Source: Eledone cirrhosa (Eukaryota). Taken from it: a DNA stretch of 64,000 bases. This document shows positions 41,034-54,109 of the stretch, piece after piece; within the stretch, counting starts at the first letter, position 1; each line of letters opens with the position of its first letter. A program made the position numbers and the translations under genes. The notes below the pieces were generated by a model. That model was not told the origin of the DNA and ran no database searches. It saw nothing but the letters and a program-made list of their open reading frames with translations. The DNA lies in assembly GCA_964016885.1 (NCBI GenBank), contig OZ024743.1, positions 220,410,001 to 220,474,000 on the forward strand, in the 5' to 3' direction.

Positions 41034-41224
41034 AAAGAGAGAGACAGGGCGATTGAGAAAAGGAGCGAGAGATAGAAAGAAGTTCAGTTAGAAATTTCCA
41101 ACTATTATTCTTAAATGCGAAAAGGTTTATCTAGTTGAAATCTTAAATGTTTTCTGGGCCCTAAAAGTAGTAATAATTACCCCGGCCCAAATAATAATTT
41201 CTTCATTGGCCACATGCAAGATAA

Positions 41225-41780
41225 TACAAAACAAAAAAAAGTGGGACAGTGGTGTTTACAAAGAAATCGAATAAACAACTAAAAATATAACAATGAAGAT
41301 TTCTCAATGGCGGGAGTACCACCCAGGGGTGACTTATGAATACCACAAATTCTAAACGACTCGACACACGAAGAGCACCGTACGAGGACACCGCTCTTCT
41401 CTCCAAACTGTCCAGTCTACAGGTGCATGGACAGAGTAGGCCCATCCTCGCTACATTCACCCATCTCTCAAGACTTCTTTCTCCATCCTCACCATTCTTT
41501 CCAAGTGGAACTTGAAAAAGTTGAAGCGGGCATGGCCGAAGAGGAAAGTGTCTGTCTTCAGTCCTTTCATTTCAGCCTCGTCTACTTCACATCTTTCGCT
41601 ATAAGCACCAGACAGAGGAAAACTGCCTGCCCTTCCCGACCAAAAGAAGGCGGTGGGGCGATCTTCAAGATGGATCCGTTCAGCATGCGTTCGTCTTGGT
41701 CCGTCAAAGATCAAATCGTGGTTTTGTTACCACACTGCGCCTCCACCACACGAGCCAATGGAAGAGCTTTCGTTTCTTCA
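41225..41780 (-). mobile_element. Decayed 3' fragment of a Tx1/L1-like LINE ORF2 plus 3' UTR
   Basis: Minus frames give ILKIAPPPSFGREGQAVFLCLVLIAK and KGLKTDTFLFG..NFFKFHLERMVRMEKEVL, resembling Tx1/L1 ORF2 C-termini; GC-richer island. Recognised from memory only. Confidence 0.45.
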
Positions 41781-41797
41781 TTTCTTAGAGCATGCGC

Positions 41798-42133
41798 GTT
41801 ACTGGTACTTTATTTTGTCGACCCTGTAAGAATGAAAGGCAAAGCTAACCTCGACGGGATTTGAACTCAGAACATAAAGGGTCATAACTCTATGCTGTGA
41901 AGCACGGTGTCCGACGCTCTACCGAAAATGCTAATAACAACAATAATTGTTTCTACTTTTGGCACAAGGCCAGCAATTATGCCAGTACATTACTGGTACT
42001 TTATTTTATCGAACCCGAAGGATGAAAGGCAAAGTTAACCTCGGCGGGATTTGAACTCAGACCATAAAGGGCCGTAACTCTTTGCTATAAAGCATGGCGT
42101 CAGACCCTCTACCGATACTGCCAATCCACCGCT
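41798..42133 (-). mobile_element. Two tandem SINE copies (second is the short-tail type matching the satellite)
   Basis: Core+B box at 41,800-41,930 and tail+core+head at 41,941-42,133. Confidence 0.85.
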
Positions 42134-42459
42134 AATAACAACAATAATAGCAAAAGTAGTCATCAATAACGCGTGAGTGATATTATTAGATATGTGATAG
42201 TGATGGAAATGATAATAGCTGGGACGTATTTAAACACACAGTCTTCTCATAAGGCTTCTATACCTTAAAAAGTACCAGCAACAGCTTTTTCGTAAACAAC
42301 ACTTGATGACATTTTATTTGCATCAGAATGAACAAACAAACATGCTACATGTCATTGTTTTAAGAAAAAAATGAGTTTTTTTTTTAAATTCTAAAATATC
42401 TCCTAAATCCCCCTTCCACAAACTTCCATAAATAATGACTTAAATTATAATTATAGTTA

Positions 42460-42481
42460 TAACTACTACTACTACTACTAT

Positions 42482-42551
<70 letters not shown>

Positions 42552-42585
42552 ACTGCTACTGCTACTACTACTACTGCTGCTGGTG

Positions 42586-42651
<66 letters not shown>

Positions 42652-42665
42652 TGCTGCTGCTGCTG

Positions 42666-42762
<97 letters not shown>

Positions 42763-43085
42763 CATCACCAAGGCTATCGATGTACGGGCAGGGGAACGTT
42801 GATGACATCGTTCCAGTATGTTACTGGTACTTCTTTTATGTAGCGAGCAAAGATGAAAGGGTAAGCTGACTGATTTCTAAGTGAGGTGGGTGTGTAGTAT
42901 ATTTCATTCACCCCCAGTCACAGTAATAATCATTCTAGTATCTTCCTCCGCCTTTTCCCCCTCCTCATCCTTGTCATCACAACCACCATCAACGTCAACA
43001 TACTCCCCTCCTCCTTCTACCCACTCATTATCATCATCATCATCATCGTCATCACTATCAACATCCTTCTTCCTTATCGTCGTCG

Positions 43086-43132
<47 letters not shown>

Positions 43133-43533
43133 AGCAGCGTCATCACTATCAACATCAACACCCTTCTACTCCTCGTTATCGCCGTCGTTGTCATCATCAT
43201 CTTCATCATCATCACTATCCTCTTCCTCCTCCTCCCCCTCCTCCTCTTCCTCCTCCTCCTCCTCCTTCTCCTCACCATCACCATCATCATCAACACTATT
43301 ATAATACACTGCACACAGTTCCACGCGTACATTTTCGGCATGTATTTGATGTTTCACCGAATGACCAATACACCGGTTAACTGAGAGTCCCCCTTCTCCG
43401 CCTCCGCCTCATCATCATCATCATCATCATCACCACCATAAACAGCCACAGCATCATCATCATCATCATCATTATCATCATCATCATCACCATCGTCACC
43501 ATCACCACCGTCATCATCATCATCATCACAATT

Positions 43534-43574
<41 letters not shown>

Positions 43575-43673
43575 TATCATCATCATCATCATCACCACCA
43601 CCATCAACAGCCACAGCATCATCATCATCATCATCATTATCATCATCATCATCATCACCACCATCAACAGCCA

Positions 43674-43726
<53 letters not shown>

Positions 43727-43745
43727 CCACCATCAACAGCCACAG

Positions 43746-43786
<41 letters not shown>

Positions 43787-45345
43787 CCACCATCAACAAC
43801 CACAGCATCATCATCATCATCATCATTATCATCATCATCACAACCACCACCATCAACAGCCACAGCATCATCATCATCATCATCATCATCATCACCATCA
43901 ACAGCCACAACATCATCATCATCATCATCATCACCACCACCATCAACAACCACAGCATCATCATCATCATCATCATCATTATCATCATCATCACAACCAC
44001 CACCATCAACAGCCACAGCATCATCATCATCACCATCAACAGCCACAACATCATCATCATCATCATCATCACCATCAACAGCCACAACATCATCATCATC
44101 ATCATCATCACCATCAACAGCCGCACCATCACCATTGTAATACAATGTACAAATCCACGCGTACATTTGCAGCATGTATTTAATGTTTCACCGAATGACC
44201 AGCCCACCGGTTAACTTAAGATGTTTGTGATATTTATAGATTTTATATTTTATATTTTTATATTTTCTATTCGTTGTTTGTTGTTTTGTTATGTACGCTA
44301 AATGTTGGAATTGGTCCGACCTCACTTCAACCCTCGTCATCACTTCAGCTACTATTATTATCACTGTTAACACCACTATAACTAACATAACTAAATAACC
44401 ACCACTGCTACCATCATCACAACTATGAAGGTGATAGCGACAATGACAGAAACGGCAATGATGAGGAAGGCCGTTATTATGACGACACGACGACGACACG
44501 ACCACCGCCATCATCATCATCATCACCGCCATCACCATCATCGCCACCATCACCACCATCACGATCACCATCACCACCACCACCACCATCACCACTACCA
44601 CCACCACCACCATCTCCATCACCACCACCACCACCACCATCACCACTACCACCACCACCACCACCATCACCATCACCACTACCATCATAACCATCACCAC
44701 CACCACCACCACCATCACCATCACCACTACCACCACCATCACCACTACCACCACCACCACCACCATCACCATCACCACTACCATCATAACCATCACCATC
44801 ACCACCACCACCACCATCACCACTACCACCACCACCACCACCACCATCACCACTACCACCACCATCACCACTACCACCACCACCACCACCATCACCATCA
44901 CCACTACCATCATAACCATCACCACCACCACCACCACCATCACCATCACTACTGCCGCCGAACATCACAACGATGAAGATGACAACGACAATGATAACGA
45001 CAACGACGACGATGACGACGACCACAACGGCGACGACGACCATCTCCCCCCCCCATTCCCCCCCCCATTCCCCCCCCCCCCACCAACAACAACAACAGCA
45101 ACAACAACAACAACACCACCACCACCACCACCACCACCACCACCAATACCACCACCACCACCACCACCACCACCACCAACACCACCACCACCACCACCAC
45201 CACCACCACCACCACCACCACCACCACCACCACCACCACCAACAACAACAACAGCAACAACAACAACAACAACACCACCACCACCACCACCACCACCACC
45301 ACCACCACCACCACCACCAACAAAAACAACAACAACAGCAACAGG
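42460..45345. repeat. Mosaic of trinucleotide arrays: (TAC)/(TGC), (CAT), CCACCATCAACAGCCACAG(CAT)n composite, (CAC), (CAA)
   Basis: Read directly; produces poly-D/M/H/G/V artefact ORFs. Confidence 0.93.
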
Positions 45346-45626
45346 AACATCCACATTATAACCATACCATACACAAGCAAGATTTATAATTCAATAAGAT
45401 TCTGTCAAAAACTGATGTTGTAGGCTTTCCCGTATAATTTTAAAAATATTTCGCTACGAAGTTCACTTTATTATAGAATGTGGTTATTTAAGAACTTATT
45501 ATCTTCACACAAGAGCCAACTAAACACGCACCGAATGGCAATCTTTCCAACACAATGCCACACATCCAGCTATTAGTATGAGCATTATATATATACATCA
45601 TATATACAATCAGCAAAACATCATAC

Positions 45627-46161
<535 letters not shown>

Positions 46162-46167
46162 AAAGGA

Positions 46168-46329
46168 CGATTTGTTAAGCTTTCATCACGTTTATTGATT
46201 GGTGACGCGCGTTTCGCTATTGATCAGCTCAAGGTTCGACCTGTATCGATCTGGCCCGACTCTGGAAAAAAAGCTCGTCGGACCTCTGCTGTGGTAATGA
46301 TCATTACCACAGCAGAGGTCCGACGAGCT
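46168..46329 (-). mobile_element. Dispersed repeat fragment (probable PLE pseudo-LTR) ending in a perfect 58-bp palindrome
   Basis: Inverted homologue at 53,320-53,445; adjacent to (TA)n; minus strand has GAAACGCGCGTC then AATAAA; 46,272-46,329 is perfectly self-complementary. Confidence 0.55.
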
Positions 46330-46406
46330 AGATCGCTACAGATGTCTCCACTGCAATTGAGATAGACTTATATTGTTTTTATGCTAAGTAATATGTTTTC
46401 TTTTTA

Positions 46407-46407
<1 letters not shown>

Positions 46408-46454
<47 letters not shown>

Positions 46455-46533
46455 AAGAAGAAGAAGAAGAAGAAGAAGAAGAAGAAGAAGAAGAAGAAGA
46501 AGAAGAAGAAGAAGAAGAAGAAGAAGAAGAAGA
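46408..46533. repeat. (AGT)n(AGA)n microsatellite
   Basis: Read directly. Confidence 0.95.
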
Positions 46534-47888
46534 ATTTGGTTAGGTTGAAGAATCTAAACTAAAATATCGAGATGAGAAATTAATGAAAAGAACGGGTGGA
46601 GAGAAAGGGTGGAAGATAACAGAATATAAAGATTAAAGATAGAACAGGGAAAGGTTAAAGGAATTGAACTTTTAGAACAACAGAATTAGAGGGCTAAAAT
46701 TGAAATTTTAGAACAACAGAATTAGAGGGCTAAAATTCAGTTAAAGAAGTAAGCAATAAAGGAGAGGATGGAAAGGAGTGCCAATCATAGCATCAGTATG
46801 ACAGTAAATGCACAGCGTAAATGATTGCGCGTAGTAGATTGTGTTGGATTAACTTAGCTATTAAGGTCATAATCGTTAGGTTATTGTTACACATTTTATA
46901 TGGGATAGGACTATCCCAGGTCTATTGTAGTGGTACATTTGTGGAAAAGTATGGTGTAGGATTAGATTAATAATCATAAAGTCCCATAATGAATTTCATA
47001 AAAATAAAGGAGCTGAGCAACGGAATCTGTTTCCCTATGGTATTTCCATTGCTGGTAATATCTGCTGGTTACAACTTCTCCTAAAAGCAGGCGGGATTTG
47101 AACATTAAGCACACAGAGCCGGATCAAAAACTGCAAAGCTTCCCGACGGAATCTTTAACAATTCTGGTCTGGTCTGGTCTGGTTCTTTATTTCTCGTCAA
47201 AAGATGTCAAATTTGAGCTCGGCAATTTTTGAACTTTGAGCGCAAAGAGACGACTCAAATGCCACCGAATTTAATCCGACACTCTTAACGACTTAGCAAA
47301 CTCATTGCCTGCTGAATTTTATAAACAGTTTCAATTTTTATAGTTTAAGATTTATATATTAATCCAACTAAATTGGTAATTATATTGATATATTTTGTAT
47401 GGTTCATTTATGCGAAGATTTACCTGAGATGATATGTTCATTAATATATTTAGGATTGAAAGGTAGTTTTAGCATGTCGATTATTTGTAAGATCCAATGT
47501 TTTAGGACTCATACATTCATACTATAAGACCACAATCCTAAACCTACCATTGATGTCCGGCTTAATCGAGTATGATTTGGTAGTATACGCTATTTTTTTG
47601 GTAAGGATATTTTACGTGCCTTTGCAGTCACGAGTAAATACTGACGCCGTCTACACCCCCCCCCCCCTTCTCATGAATAATCCAGAATGTGACGTCTGAA
47701 AGGAGAGAAGGCTGCAACAGCATTGGGTTGGTACCTTCTTTATCGACCCCGAAAGTATAAAAGGCAAAGTGGCCCTCGTCGAGATTTGAGCTCTAATCAC
47801 AGAGAACAAGAACAGATATCCAACGTTTTAACAACTTTGCCAAATCACCGCTTTCCAACTGATAATATATCTGGCGTTATTACTTCTT

Positions 47889-47991
<103 letters not shown>

Positions 47992-48221
47992 ACACACACA
48001 CCCTTTACATCTCAGCTTATTTCGTTATCTGTCTTTCAATTTTTCCCCATCCTATCCTGTTATTGACTTTTATATGAAGTACCAGTCAAGTACTGCGGTC
48101 AATTCCCTCTCTCTCTTTATTTATAAATATATAAATATATATATATATAAGAGTGTGTATTTGTGTGTGTAGTAATAATAGTAGATGATCCCGTTTTAGG
48201 GTGAAAGTATATATATATATA

Positions 48222-50808
48222 TAGTAATAATAATAAAATTGAAGACTAAAATCCAAAGAGGGCTCGATAAGGATAAATATATATCAAATATATAAGAACC
48301 GTAGAGCAAATATTTATTAAAATAACAGATTAAAGTTTAAGCAAAGAATCGCTGCTTTCACCCTTAACGGGATCTTCTGAAACTAACAAAGTCAATCTGT
48401 AAACGCAGAAGTGGATATTTCAAAAAAAGGTTGCAACCGGAGGAAGACAGGAAGACGATACTTTGGTTCGTGGTAACGTTCGCTGGCAAAGAACGGGAAA
48501 AAACGAATAATACGTCATTAATAGGAGCGGTGAAAAACAATTACGCGCAAAGACAGAACCACGTTTATGGTATAAAAGAGGTCGTAGACTAATGTTCTCT
48601 TAGGTGGTGCATAGAGACGTTCTCTGGCAATGAACGAAAAAACGAAGATAATAAGTCATATGTGGAGCGTGGAGAACAATAGCACGCAAAGACAAAATCA
48701 CGTAAATGGTATAGCAGAAGTCGTAGACTAAAATTCTAACTAGGAGACCAAATGAATCTCCGCTACAGAGTTAAGAACAAAGTAAATAAATACAATACAG
48801 AAGTAATAGAAATAAATAAATACATACACGCAAACAAATACGTACATACACAAGCATACGCAAAACCTTACCATAGGTATACAACCACGCACATATAAAT
48901 ATGTGTGTGTGTGTGTATGCTTGTGTACAAATAAATAAATAATTATATAAACGTATATAAGTGAGTAAATACGTATATAACAAGCGCACACACATACCTA
49001 CATATAAATACACGAATGTTCGGAGATGTAAGTCAACTAAAACAAGAAGTACACATATACACACACACACCATACGTACGAACCTGCATACTCACGCAGA
49101 CGCAAAACTCCCGTATACACATAGCCAAACCCTAAATACCAGAATATATAAAAATTATACGCCATAACAATCAAATATACGTACGAGAAGGTATACAACC
49201 TTCACAAAACATACAGGTAATATATACTTACCTATGCAAATAAGTAAAGGAATAAACAAAACATATACTTAGCTCCCACATCAGGACGTAAAATATCCAC
49301 GTATAGATCGTACTATCCGTTAGGGTATAACGTGGGGCTGTAATACAGGAAAGTTTTGTGCAATTTGTTTACAAGCCGAAATTGCCTCAGATTTTTTGTT
49401 TAAGATGTGGTCTGTGGCGTAGAGTATTTCCAGGGCCTCAGCGGCGCAGAGGTCACATGGTCTTTTATTTCCGTTATACGATCTAGCCCTAGCAAGGATC
49501 TCCCAGTGTAACTTATGTTGGGTGTGGTTGTCTTTTAGACTCCAGATATAAGCTGAAAGTGACGTCATATTCCTTCTTAGAGGGTAACGAAAAGAATGGG
49601 TATGCATGTAAAGACGCTGCTTGAAACTATTGGCGGTTAACCCTATGTAGGCCCTACGGGACGTGGGTGTTACAACCTTACATTTGTAGACAATGTTACT
49701 AGAGAGGCATTTCCCGGATAGGGGGCAATCAGCCCGATTCCTACAATTACAGTTAGTACTAACTACAGGGTTGCACGTGTTCCTACGGCTAGGTAGTTTA
49801 GCTAAATTTGAAGCTGTGATGTTATGTGCAAGGTTAGGAGTCGTAGAGTAAGAAATTTTAATAGTATTTCTATTAAAAATTTTACTATATTTATGTGTAG
49901 GGGGAAAATTGCTTCGTAATAAGGGAAAGAAAGATCTTAGCTAATGGTGTGGCCACCTCCATATTATATGGTGGGTTAAACCAACAAATGCGACGGGATC
50001 TATTTCTTCTAGGTCTATTTTCGTACTCTGTATATGCTACCTTATCGACAAATCCACTTCGAGCAAGAGCTTCATTGTAATAAGTGGAATGGTCGTTGAA
50101 AATGCGCTCGTTGGTGGAAAGACGGGAAAGCCTCAACGAAACGTTTCTTACCAGGTTCTTGGTTATGCTGGCGGGATGGTTGGAATGCTTACTTATGTAA
50201 TTAAGCGTATCATTCGGCTTTCTACACGGGTAATGCAAGCCATTCAATAAATTGAGGGTAACGTCGAGGTAATTAACGACCGAGAGTTGGCCTCAACCTG
50301 TATAGAGAGGTTGAAGCCTTTAAAGAAGGCTGTGAGTTCTTTTCTGAACCTGTCGCAAGCACGAGGTCCGCACTTAGTCATGGTCAAAAGACCATCGTCA
50401 TGGTACAAACCACCGCCCGCGTTGGGGAATTCGTCCTTGATAGAGAAAAGAAGGAAAAGGCCAATAAGATCAGTAACCTCCCCAGAGTCACTGGCGCCCA
50501 TACTCACGTCGAATGGGGAACTATTGGATTTTTTAATCCAAATAGAGTCGTCGAAATTAATCACCGACTTTCAGGCATTAAGGATGACATCAACTTCGAA
50601 ATCCTTAACCGCTGTGAGTGTTTTAGCGAAATTGATAGCTCTAAGGATAAGTGGTAAAGTGATGGAGGAGTAGTAATTGTTGATGTCGAATTGCAACGTT
50701 TTTTGAAATATCCAGTTCTGCGTATACAGATTGACTTTGTTAGTTTCAGAAGATCCAGTTAAGGGTGAAAGCAGCGATTCTTTGCTTAAACTTTAATCTG
50801 TTATTTTA

Positions 50809-50815
<7 letters not shown>
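48222..50815 (-). mobile_element. Penelope-like element with C-terminal GIY-YIG (probably Hydra clade), 5'-truncated, with inverted pseudo-LTR; inserted in (TA)n
   Basis: Minus frames: LQFDINNYYSSI, FDVSMG, GLYHDDGL, RKPND..YI.KHSNHP, WFNPPY, CNCRNRADCPLSGKCL, IVYKC...YIGLT..FKQR...H, CDLC..E..LNKKSE; frameshifted. 50,691-50,815 is the reverse complement of 48,313-48,436. Flanked by (TA)n on both sides. Confidence 0.88.
48334..48384 (-). ncRNA. Type I hammerhead ribozyme-like motif in PLE pseudo-LTR (non-canonical C3-A4-G5-A6 core)
   Basis: Sense RNA AGUUU-CAGAAGA-UCCC(GUUAA)GGGU-GAA-AGCAG(CGAUUCU)UUGCU-U-AAACU; stems I, II and III all pair when folded by hand. Confidence 0.6.
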
Positions 50816-50864
<49 letters not shown>

Positions 50865-50868
<4 letters not shown>

Positions 50869-51072
50869 ATAATAATAAATGTGAAGACTAAAATCCGAAG
50901 AGGGCTCCATACGGATAATATACATATGTAAACCGTAGACCAAATATTTATTAAAATAACAGATTAAAGTTGAAGCAAAGAATCGGTGCTTTCACCCTTA
51001 ACGGGATCTTCAGAAGATCCCGTTAAATGTGAAAGAAGCGATTATTTGCTTAAACTTTAATCTGTTATTTTA
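50865..51072. mobile_element. Extra PLE terminal fragment folded back on itself (direct copy of 48,222-48,377 plus inverted copy)
   Basis: AGTAATAATAATAAA..GAAGACTAAAATCC repeats 48,223 onward; centre TTAACGGGATCTTC-A-GAAGATCCCGTTAA is palindromic. Confidence 0.8.
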
Positions 51073-51115
51073 CTATATATATATATATACAATCTCTCTC
51101 TCTCTCTCTCTCTCC

Positions 51116-51196
<81 letters not shown>

Positions 51197-51318
51197 TATA
51201 TATTATTTGGCAGAGTCATGAGATCGTTAGATATCTGCTCAAGTTCTTTCAAATCCTGACGAAGGTCAGTTTGTCTTTCATCCTTTCAGTTTCGATAAAG
51301 AAAGTTCTAGCCCCCCCC

Positions 51319-51360
<42 letters not shown>

Positions 51361-51370
51361 AAAAAAAAGA

Positions 51371-51433
51371 CGTGTCCTTGGCTCTATGGCTACCTCCCTA
51401 CTCACCACCATAGGCGGTGAGCTGGCAAGCCGC
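51371..51433 (+). mobile_element. Short diverged fragment of the CRE element RLE region
   Basis: GTGTCCTTGGCTCTATGGCTACCTCCCTACTCACCACCATAGGCGGTGAGCTGGCAAGCCG aligns to ~29,505-29,565. Confidence 0.75.
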
Positions 51434-51653
51434 TTGGACCCCATTTGCTCATAATATTGAGAGATGTGGAGGGCAAAAGGGATGGAGACGATGGCCATGG
51501 GAGTCCGGCTCCTCTGTGTTCGGACCTGGTGTACGTGTGTGTGTACGTTTACTTCTATTCATTCGATATGATAGTATCTACGCTCCCTACTTCTTCTTAT
51601 ACTTCTACTTCTTACACTTTTGATGCTATGTATATCATTGTAACGATTGGCCA

Positions 51654-51847
51654 GGGCGGTGAATTGGCAGTATCGGTAGAGAGTCGGACGCCTTGCTTTC
51701 CAGCATAGTTACCTCCCTTTACAGTCTGAGTTCAAATCCCGTCGAGGTTAACTTTGCCTTTCATCCTTACGGGGTCGATAAAATAAAGTACCAGTAATGC
51801 ACTGGGGTAATTTCTGGCCTTGTGCCAAAAGTAGAAACAATTATAAT
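51654..51847 (+). mobile_element. Full-length short-tail SINE
   Basis: GGGCGGTGAATTGGCAGTATCGG (A box), GAGTTCAAATCC (B box), core, tail GGGGTAATTTCTGGCCTTGTGCCAAAAGTAGAAACAATTAT. Confidence 0.88.
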
Positions 51848-52349
51848 GCTATGTGTATCATCGTAACGATATATACATTATAAGACAAATCCAGTTCATC
51901 TCCTTTGGAGAATGCTTTCTGTAGTTGGCTTACTGTCAGAATATTGAAATTAATTCAAGAAGTTGAAATTGATTATTGTGGTTGTCAGAAGAATGGGTGA
52001 TAGAAATACAAACAAAATTATTAAATGAACTATAATAAAAAAAATGTCCTTGACATAGATAGATAGATATGTAGGTAGATATATAGATATCTAGACAGAT
52101 ATATAGATATGTAGGTAGGTAGATAGATGCAGAAAGAGTTACACATATGTAAATCAATGTGTGTGTGTTGTAGAAGCTAAGGTTTATTTTGTTGTCATAT
52201 CTAGCAAGACAGGTTACCACAACATGGCCCTTGCGTGTACGACAGACAGGCACACATGCAAATAGATAAAGGGCCAACTGCAGCCACTCTAACATATGTA
52301 TATGCACACACACACACACGCACACACACGCACACACACACACACACGC

Positions 52350-52386
<37 letters not shown>

Positions 52387-52913
52387 GTATAATGCATGCG
52401 ACGTTATAGTTATCTGTCTATCTAATCTCTTTCTACAACTCTCTCACTATGCCTCTATCTATGTCTCTCTTGTTGCCTTTGTTTGCTACGTTACCACGTC
52501 ATGCCCCTCTCTCTTTATGTACATGTATAATGTATATATATATATATATAACTAAAACCTGTTGAGAAAGTGACTTCCTTGTTCAATCATCTTACCAGAA
52601 GCCTAACATTATTTGTCTCAGCGGACAGTACTTGATTTAGGAGTCGCAGAAACCCAAATGCTGGATTTTACCAACCATCCAGGGGTCCGCGTAAATTTTT
52701 TTCAATCACATATTTTTTTTATTTGTTTGACCCGAATTACTTGGTCGTTTCTATGGCTGTGCGGATGACGGTTTAACCATCGTCTCAGTGTGTTTGGCCT
52801 TTAACGTATGTTGTAGCTCTGGTTCGTCAGAATTATTGAGCGCTTGCCACACATCTCGGAAGTTGTTTTTCGTTAATTCCTAAGCCGAAATACGATTCTC
52901 GCTAATTTATATT

Positions 52914-52977
<64 letters not shown>

Positions 52978-53319
52978 AAGAATTCGCAGATGGAAAGCCA
53001 CGACAATGCAGGTTTGGATGGAGAAAAATTTTAAACGCAAGAAACAGGGTTTATTTTTTACCCTTAATTTATTCATATATCCTGATATTTCAAGATTAAT
53101 ATCTCTTCTTCCGAGGAAAATAAAGGAACAATTCCAGTGTCCACTGTGGCTTGCATAACCATGCTGGCCGGAAGTGGTTTTATTATTTATTTATTTAATT
53201 TGCTGGCCTTGTGCCAAAAGTAGAAACAATTATTTATTTATTTAATTAATCTATTTATTTTTCTAAACAACTCTGTGCCCCCTTTGATCTGTTCAGGCCT
53301 TAATTTAAGACATAACACC

Positions 53320-53445
53320 AGAGGTCCGACGAGCTTTTGATTCCAGAGTCGGGCCAGATCGATACAGATCGAACCTTGAGCTAATCAATAGTGAAACGCG
53401 CGTCACTAATCAATAAACGTAATGAAGGCTTAACAAGTCGTCCTT
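53320..53445 (+). mobile_element. Second copy of the 46.2-kb repeat, inverted relative to it
   Basis: AGAGGTCCGACGAGCTTT..CCAGAGTCGGGCCAGATCGATACAG..GAAACGCGCGTCAC..AATAAACG is the reverse complement of ~46,175-46,288. Confidence 0.75.
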
Positions 53446-54109
53446 GTATTATTATATTTACACTCTGTTTAGCTCTACACCTCACAACTGACGTGAATCT
53501 AAACATCGAGTGCTCACCTGGGTAAAGCTGCAGTAACTTCACGTTACACTCCCTGGATATATATATATAAACACACGCATGTTGATGGGATTCCCAAAAG
53601 AATGAACCCATTGTAAAAATAAATGTTAAAATTATGATATGAATTATAATAATGTAAATAATGTAAATACAATTCAAATGAAAAAAGAAAAAAAAATTAA
53701 TTTAACAGTAATCTTGCTGGGACCTTTTCCTTATATTATTATTTACTAGCAGCAAAACCACCCTCCGGGTGGTTTTCTGCTAGCATGTGTAGTGTACATA
53801 TTTATATTATATGCAAATATACATGCATGTAGATATGATATCTATCTATACATATATATAAAACTGTAGTTGTCTGTGTGTGTGTGTCTTCATTTTTGAA
53901 AAGTCTATACAAATCCACATTTCTACTCCGATTGACTTCAAGCTTGCATTTATATATTCCTTGCGGTCTAAAGATATTAACTGCAGCTTTTGTTTTTCAA
54001 TTTTCTGTTGTTAAAGGGGTGTTAGGCGCTGGTTATCGATCTCCGCCCCGCCCTTATAATATCTGTCTGTATGTCTGGCTGTCTGCATTACGACATTATG
54101 ACAAACATT

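Noticed and set aside
40861-41230. Tx1-like stub targeting the (CTT)n tract
   Set aside because: The stub's apparent 3' end is ~200 bp from the microsatellite, so there is no direct junction.
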